From Thermoleophilia bacterium (lineage in GTDB: Bacteria; Actinomycetota; Thermoleophilia; Gaiellales; F1-60-MAGs149), in NCBI GenBank assembly GCA_009694475.1, contig SHUX01000002.1:1-55268 (forward strand): 55,268 nt of DNA. Reading direction: 5' to 3'. Both the position numbers and the translations under genes were made by a program. The notes beneath the pieces were generated by a model that saw nothing but the letters and a program-made list of their open reading frames with translations, was not told the DNA's origin and did no database searches. Of the stretch, positions 51,669-55,268 are shown in pieces; within the stretch, counting starts at the first letter, position 1; every line of letters starts with the position of its first letter.

Positions 51669-53062
51669 CGCGCGTCGACCTAATCCAAGTCGCCTACCTC
51701 GTGGCGTCCTTCTGCTTCATCCTCGGTCTGCGTTGGTTGTCGTCGCCACGCACGGCGCGTCGCGGCAATCTCGTGGCAGCGGTCGGCATGTTGATCGCGA
51801 TCATTGCGACGCTCGTCGATGGTCGTGTGATCGGCTACACCTGGATCGCGATCGCCGCGTTCGTGGGCGGATCGATTGGCGCGTTGGTTGCGCGGCGTGT
51901 GCAGATGACGGCGATGCCGCAGTTGGTGGCGTTGCTGAATGGCCTTGGGGGTGGTGCGGCAGCGTTGATTGCGATCTCGGAGTACCACGCGATGAGCGCC
52001 AGTGGCGAGGTGGCGCTGGGCGCGGTGATTGCCGTCTCGGTGATGTTCTCGACGATTGTCGGCTCGATCTCCTTTGCGGGCAGTCTCGTTGCCTTCGGCA
52101 AGTTGCAGGAGATCGTGCCTGGTCGGCCGATTACGTGGCCAGCGCAAAAGATGATCAATGGGCTTGGCGCGATCGTGGTGCTGGGTCTTGCCGCCTATGC
52201 CTCGTTCAACATCCACGATCCGATCCTGTGGCTCGCCGCGGCGATTGCCTTGCTGCTCGGCGTTTCCGCGGTCCTGCCGATCGGCGGCGCAGACATGCCG
52301 GTCGTGATTGCCTTCCTCAATGCCTGCACGGGGCTCGCGGCAGCGGCGACGGGTTTCGCGCTTAACAACAGCCTGCTGATCATTGCGGGCGTGCTGGTCG
52401 GTGCCAGCGGCACGCTGCTGACGCAGCTGATGTCGAAGGCGATGAATCGTTCGGTTGCGAGTGTGCTCTTCGGTGCCTTTGGTGGCGGGGGCGGCAGTGG
52501 CTCGGCGGTCGGCGCGTCGGGCGAGGCGCTGCCGGTGCTCGAGATTTCGGCGTCCGATCTGGCTGCCCAGCTGGTCTATGCGCGGCGGGTGATGATCGTC
52601 CCCGGCTACGGCCTTGCTGTCGCCCAAGCACAGCACCCGGTCCGCGAGCTGGCGGACCTCTTGATCGCCCGTGGTGTCAGCGTCGCCTTCGCCATCCACC
52701 CTGTAGCGGGCCGCATGCCGGGGCACATGAATGTCTTGCTGGCCGAGGCGGATGTTCCCTATGACCAGCTGCTCGAGATGGAGGAGGCAAACGCCGACTT
52801 TCCTCAGACCGACATCGTGCTGGTGATCGGCGCTAACGATGTCGTCAATCCGGCCGCGCGTGACGACGAGAGCAGCGCCCTCTACGGCATGCCGATCTTG
52901 GAGGTCGACAACGCCGAGCACGTGATCGTCTTCAAGCGCTCGATGGCGACAGGCTTTGCTGGAGTCGAGAACATGCTCTTCCACGACCCTAAGACACGCA
53001 TGCTGTTTGGCGATGCGCGCAAGAGCCTGACGCAACTGGTCCAGGATGTGCAGGCGGTCTGA
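51665..53062 (+). CDS. pntB: NAD(P) transhydrogenase subunit beta
   Basis: Starts MTRVDLIQVAYLVASFCFILGL. Has a polytopic membrane domain and a C-terminal NADP(H) domain (PGYGLAVAQAQH, IHPVAGRMPGHMNVLLAEA, GANDVVNP). ATGA overlap with pntAB. The ORF-track start 51305 is spurious. Confidence 0.93.
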   Translation: MTRVDLIQVAYLVASFCFILGLRWLSSPRTARRGNLVAAVGMLIAIIATLVDGRVIGYTWIAIAAFVGGSIGALVARRVQMTAMPQLVALLNGLGGGAAALIAISEYHAMSASGEVALGAVIAVSVMFSTIVGSISFAGSLVAFGKLQEIVPGRPITWPAQKMINGLGAIVVLGLAAYASFNIHDPILWLAAAIALLLGVSAVLPIGGADMPVVIAFLNACTGLAAAATGFALNNSLLIIAGVLVGASGTLLTQLMSKAMNRSVASVLFGAFGGGGGSGSAVGASGEALPVLEISASDLAAQLVYARRVMIVPGYGLAVAQAQHPVRELADLLIARGVSVAFAIHPVAGRMPGHMNVLLAEADVPYDQLLEMEEANADFPQTDIVLVIGANDVVNPAARDDESSALYGMPILEVDNAEHVIVFKRSMATGFAGVENMLFHDPKTRMLFGDARKSLTQLVQDVQAV

Positions 53063-53078
53063 TCGCTAGGGTAATGGG

Positions 53079-53540
53079 GTGATCGGCGACCACGACCCCA
53101 AGCACACGTCATTGTCGGGCCTTGAGCTGTTTCAGAAACTGAAGGACGGCGAGCTGGAACCGAGCCCGTACGCACGGGCCGCTGGCGTCACCGTGATCGA
53201 TCTTGGTGAGGGGCGAGCAGTGATTGCTGCGACGCCGGGCGACCAACACCTCAATCAGATCGGCATGGTGCATGGCGGGTGGGTAACGACGATCATGGAC
53301 TCCACGCTGGGCGGGGCAGCGCACACGCTTTTACCGGCTGGGCGGAGAGCAGTCACGATCGAAATCAAGGTCAACTTGACGCGCCCCGTGTTGCCTGGTT
53401 CGCTGGTGACGGCAACGGCTGAGGTGCTGCACAGTGGGCGCCGTACGATCGTCTCAGAAGGCAAACTGCGCGACGAGCAGGGTCGTCTGCTGGCCGTTGC
53501 TTTGGCGACATTCGCTGTCGTCGACGTGCCGTCGTCGTGA
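53079..53540 (+). CDS. PaaI-family hotdog-fold thioesterase
   Basis: N..G.VHGG and (T/S)IE.KVN..RP pattern. 153 aa. Confidence 0.8.
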   Translation: MIGDHDPKHTSLSGLELFQKLKDGELEPSPYARAAGVTVIDLGEGRAVIAATPGDQHLNQIGMVHGGWVTTIMDSTLGGAAHTLLPAGRRAVTIEIKVNLTRPVLPGSLVTATAEVLHSGRRTIVSEGKLRDEQGRLLAVALATFAVVDVPSS

Positions 53541-54108
53541 CGAGGCCAACAACGGAGCAGGCCGAATCGGGCGAGATTGAGGTGCGGCGGTGGGTGGTGG
53601 GTGATGCCGAGGAGTTGCGCGACGTCATCATGGGATCCGCCGAACGGCTCCGCCCGCGGTTGCCATGGGTCGATGAGTGGTTTGCCGACGATTACGATGC
53701 GATCGGCAAGATCGCGGAGTGGAACGAGAAGTGGGATGCCGGTGCTGATCGCCACTTCGGCGTCTTTGTTGAGGACATGATTGTTGGTGCGGTGGGACTC
53801 CACGATCGTCCGGGGCCGGGTGGACTCGAGCTTGGCTACTGGCTGGCAGATGGGTGGACGGGGCAGGGATCATGACGATTGCCGCTGGTCTCCTGACAGA
53901 CCTTGCTTTCGCCGACCTAGAAATCGACCAACTACGCATCATTCACGACGTGACGAACTTCTCGAGCGCAGGCGTGCCGCGTCGGCTCGGCTACACGTTG
54001 CTTGGCGACCGCGAGGCGACGGGCCTGCGGGCGCTGGACGACGTCGGCATTGATTGCATGTGGGAACTGCGTCGAGCCGACTGGTCTGGCTACGTCAGTC
54101 TGGCGTAG
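53537..54108 (+). pseudogene. GNAT (RimJ/RimL-like) N-acetyltransferase disrupted by a 1-nt frameshift
   Basis: ORF 53537..53875 ends ...LELGYWLADGWTGQGS*. ORF 53854..54108 continues ...GIMTIAAGLLTDLAFADLEIDQLRIIHDVTNFSSAGV.RRLGY. One extra base after cagGG (about 53868) would restore GQGIMT. It could also be an assembly error at a G run. Confidence 0.7.
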
Positions 54109-55268
54109 GCCGGCACGGTCAGAAACTCTTCGAAGCGCTCTTGGAGAACAAGCTCGTCGAGCAGGTCGACAGCCTCGCCAACACGTCCCTGGTTACGGCC
54201 TCCGATCCGCTCAATTTCCTCGTCACGAAACGTCGTGTAGAGGTCATGCGTGAGCGTGCGCCCATCGGCGAGCGTGACGCCGAAGTGGAGCCACTGCCAC
54301 AGTTGGGCTCGAGAAATCTCTGCGGTCGCAGCATCCTCCATCAGATTGTCGATCGCAACCGCACCCTGTCCACCGAGCCAGGCGGCGATGTAGCGCACGC
54401 CGACCGAGATGTTGGTGCGCACACCGGTTTCGGTAATTTCACCCGGTGTGTCGCCGAGCGCGACGAGCGCGGGGGCATTCGGCACGACGTCTTCGCGGAG
54501 CCGGTCCACCTGGTTGGGGCGATCGCCGAGTACGCCGTCGAAGATCTCCAGCGCGAGCGGCACGAGGTCGGGGTGGGCGACCCAGGTGCCGTCGCAGCCA
54601 CCATTGGCCTCGCGCTCCTTGTCCTCACGGACTTTTGTAAACGCGACCTGATTGATCGCGGCGTCGCGGCGCGAGGGGATAAACGCGGCCATGCCACCGA
54701 TCGCGTGCGCACCGCGTCGGTGACACGAGCGCACAAGCAACTGCGTGTAGGCGTGCATAAACGGCACGTCCATTGTGACGGCCACACGGTCGGGCAGGAT
54801 CGTATTCTCGTGTGTGTGCAACTTCTTGATCGCGCTGAAGATGTAGTCCCAGCGACCCGCGTTGAGGCCGGCAGAGTGGTCGCGTAATTCGTAGAGGATC
54901 TCCTCCATCTCGAACGCGGCGGGTAGCGTCTCGATCAGCACAGTCGCACGGATCGACCCCTGTGGGACGCCAACGGCATCTTGCGCGATCACGAAGGCAT
55001 CGTTCCAGAGGCGGGCCTCAAGGTGCGACTCGAGCTTCGGAAGGTAGAAGTACGGACCATACCCACGTGCCAACAGTTCTTTGGCGTTGTGGGTCATATA
55101 GACCGCGAGATCAAAGAGTCCAGCAGCGATCGGTGTGCCGTCGATCAGCAGGTGGCGCTCTTCGAGATGCCAGCCACGAGGGCGCACGATCAGCGTCGCA
55201 ATCTCATCGTTGAGGCGGTAATGCTTGCCCTCCGGGCTTGTGAACTCGAGCTCGTGGCGGATTGCCTG
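54090..55268 (-). CDS. aceB: malate synthase A, 5' end beyond the window
   Basis: The frame is open to the window edge (…[15 protein letters not shown]). Motifs present: [41 protein letters not shown] and the C-terminus ...VPAYARLT. Its 3' end overlaps the GNAT 3' end by 19 nt (convergent). Confidence 0.92.
   Translation of the reverse strand, partial: QAIRHELEFTSPEGKHYRLNDEIATLIVRPRGWHLEERHLLIDGTPIAAGLFDLAVYMTHNAKELLARGYGPYFYLPKLESHLEARLWNDAFVIAQDAVGVPQGSIRATVLIETLPAAFEMEEILYELRDHSAGLNAGRWDYIFSAIKKLHTHENTILPDRVAVTMDVPFMHAYTQLLVRSCHRRGAHAIGGMAAFIPSRRDAAINQVAFTKVREDKEREANGGCDGTWVAHPDLVPLALEIFDGVLGDRPNQVDRLREDVVPNAPALVALGDTPGEITETGVRTNISVGVRYIAAWLGGQGAVAIDNLMEDAATAEISRAQLWQWLHFGVTLADGRTLTHDLYTTFRDEEIERIGGRNQGRVGEAVDLLDELVLQERFEEFLTVPAYARLT

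Noticed and set aside
54090-54108. The 19-nt convergent overlap of the GNAT and malate synthase 3' ends as a possible antisense regulatory arrangement.
   Set aside because: Short convergent overlaps are common in compact GC-rich genomes, and the GNAT is probably a pseudogene. Nothing points to function.

Overview
This is a GC-rich, strongly GC3-skewed chromosomal window. Gene content and order look like the conserved core of an actinobacterium, probably a deep-branching lineage. It is densely packed with housekeeping genes, many joined by 1-4 nt start/stop overlaps.

Gene order along the window:
- ispG (5' partial), an ACE-like M2 peptidase, argA-type GNAT and dnaE.
- scpA-scpB-rluB.
- A DAHP synthase-tyrA-aroA-cmk-plsC-der operon.
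- A histidine phosphatase.
- A cell-envelope block: LCP ligase, ugd, an NDP-sugar pyrophosphorylase and a PGI/PMI.
- ahcY and mtnA, then comF and a short hpf.
- An orphan 394-aa gene, then secA.
- prfB with its programmed +1 frameshift, then ftsE-ftsX.
- An MtrA/MtrB-like two-component pair with a GerMN lipoprotein.
- smpB, an unknown repeat protein, then ssrA (tmRNA).
- A ThDP E1-like enzyme, a SAM methyltransferase and a glutathionyl-hydroquinone reductase.
- tRNA-Gly(GCC), then hutU-hutF and an FAD oxidoreductase.
- A Zn-ribbon hypothetical, a Xer recombinase and a small membrane protein.
- A secreted S1 protease and a class II aldolase.
- pntAA-pntAB-pntB, a PaaI thioesterase, a frameshifted GNAT and malate synthase A (5' partial).

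I see no CRISPR array, IS element, prophage, integrase-bounded island, toxin-antitoxin pair or recognisable defence or biosynthetic cluster. My honest reading is that this is mostly an ordinary core region.

The items most worth a second look:
1. A membrane-anchored protein built of three exact 113-aa Cys-bracketed repeats, wedged between smpB and ssrA.
2. An orphan 394-aa protein that interrupts the conserved comF-hpf-secA synteny next to a C-terminally short HPF.
3. A Zn-ribbon protein downstream of a Xer recombinase.
4. A recurrent TAnnnT box 6-9 nt upstream of start codons, implying widespread leaderless transcription. I used it to refine several starts.
5. Recoding or decay events: the prfB +1 frameshift, a GNAT frameshift, and a methyltransferase whose reading frame runs on with poor codon bias.

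All calls come from reading the sequence and the ORF translations. No database searches were run.
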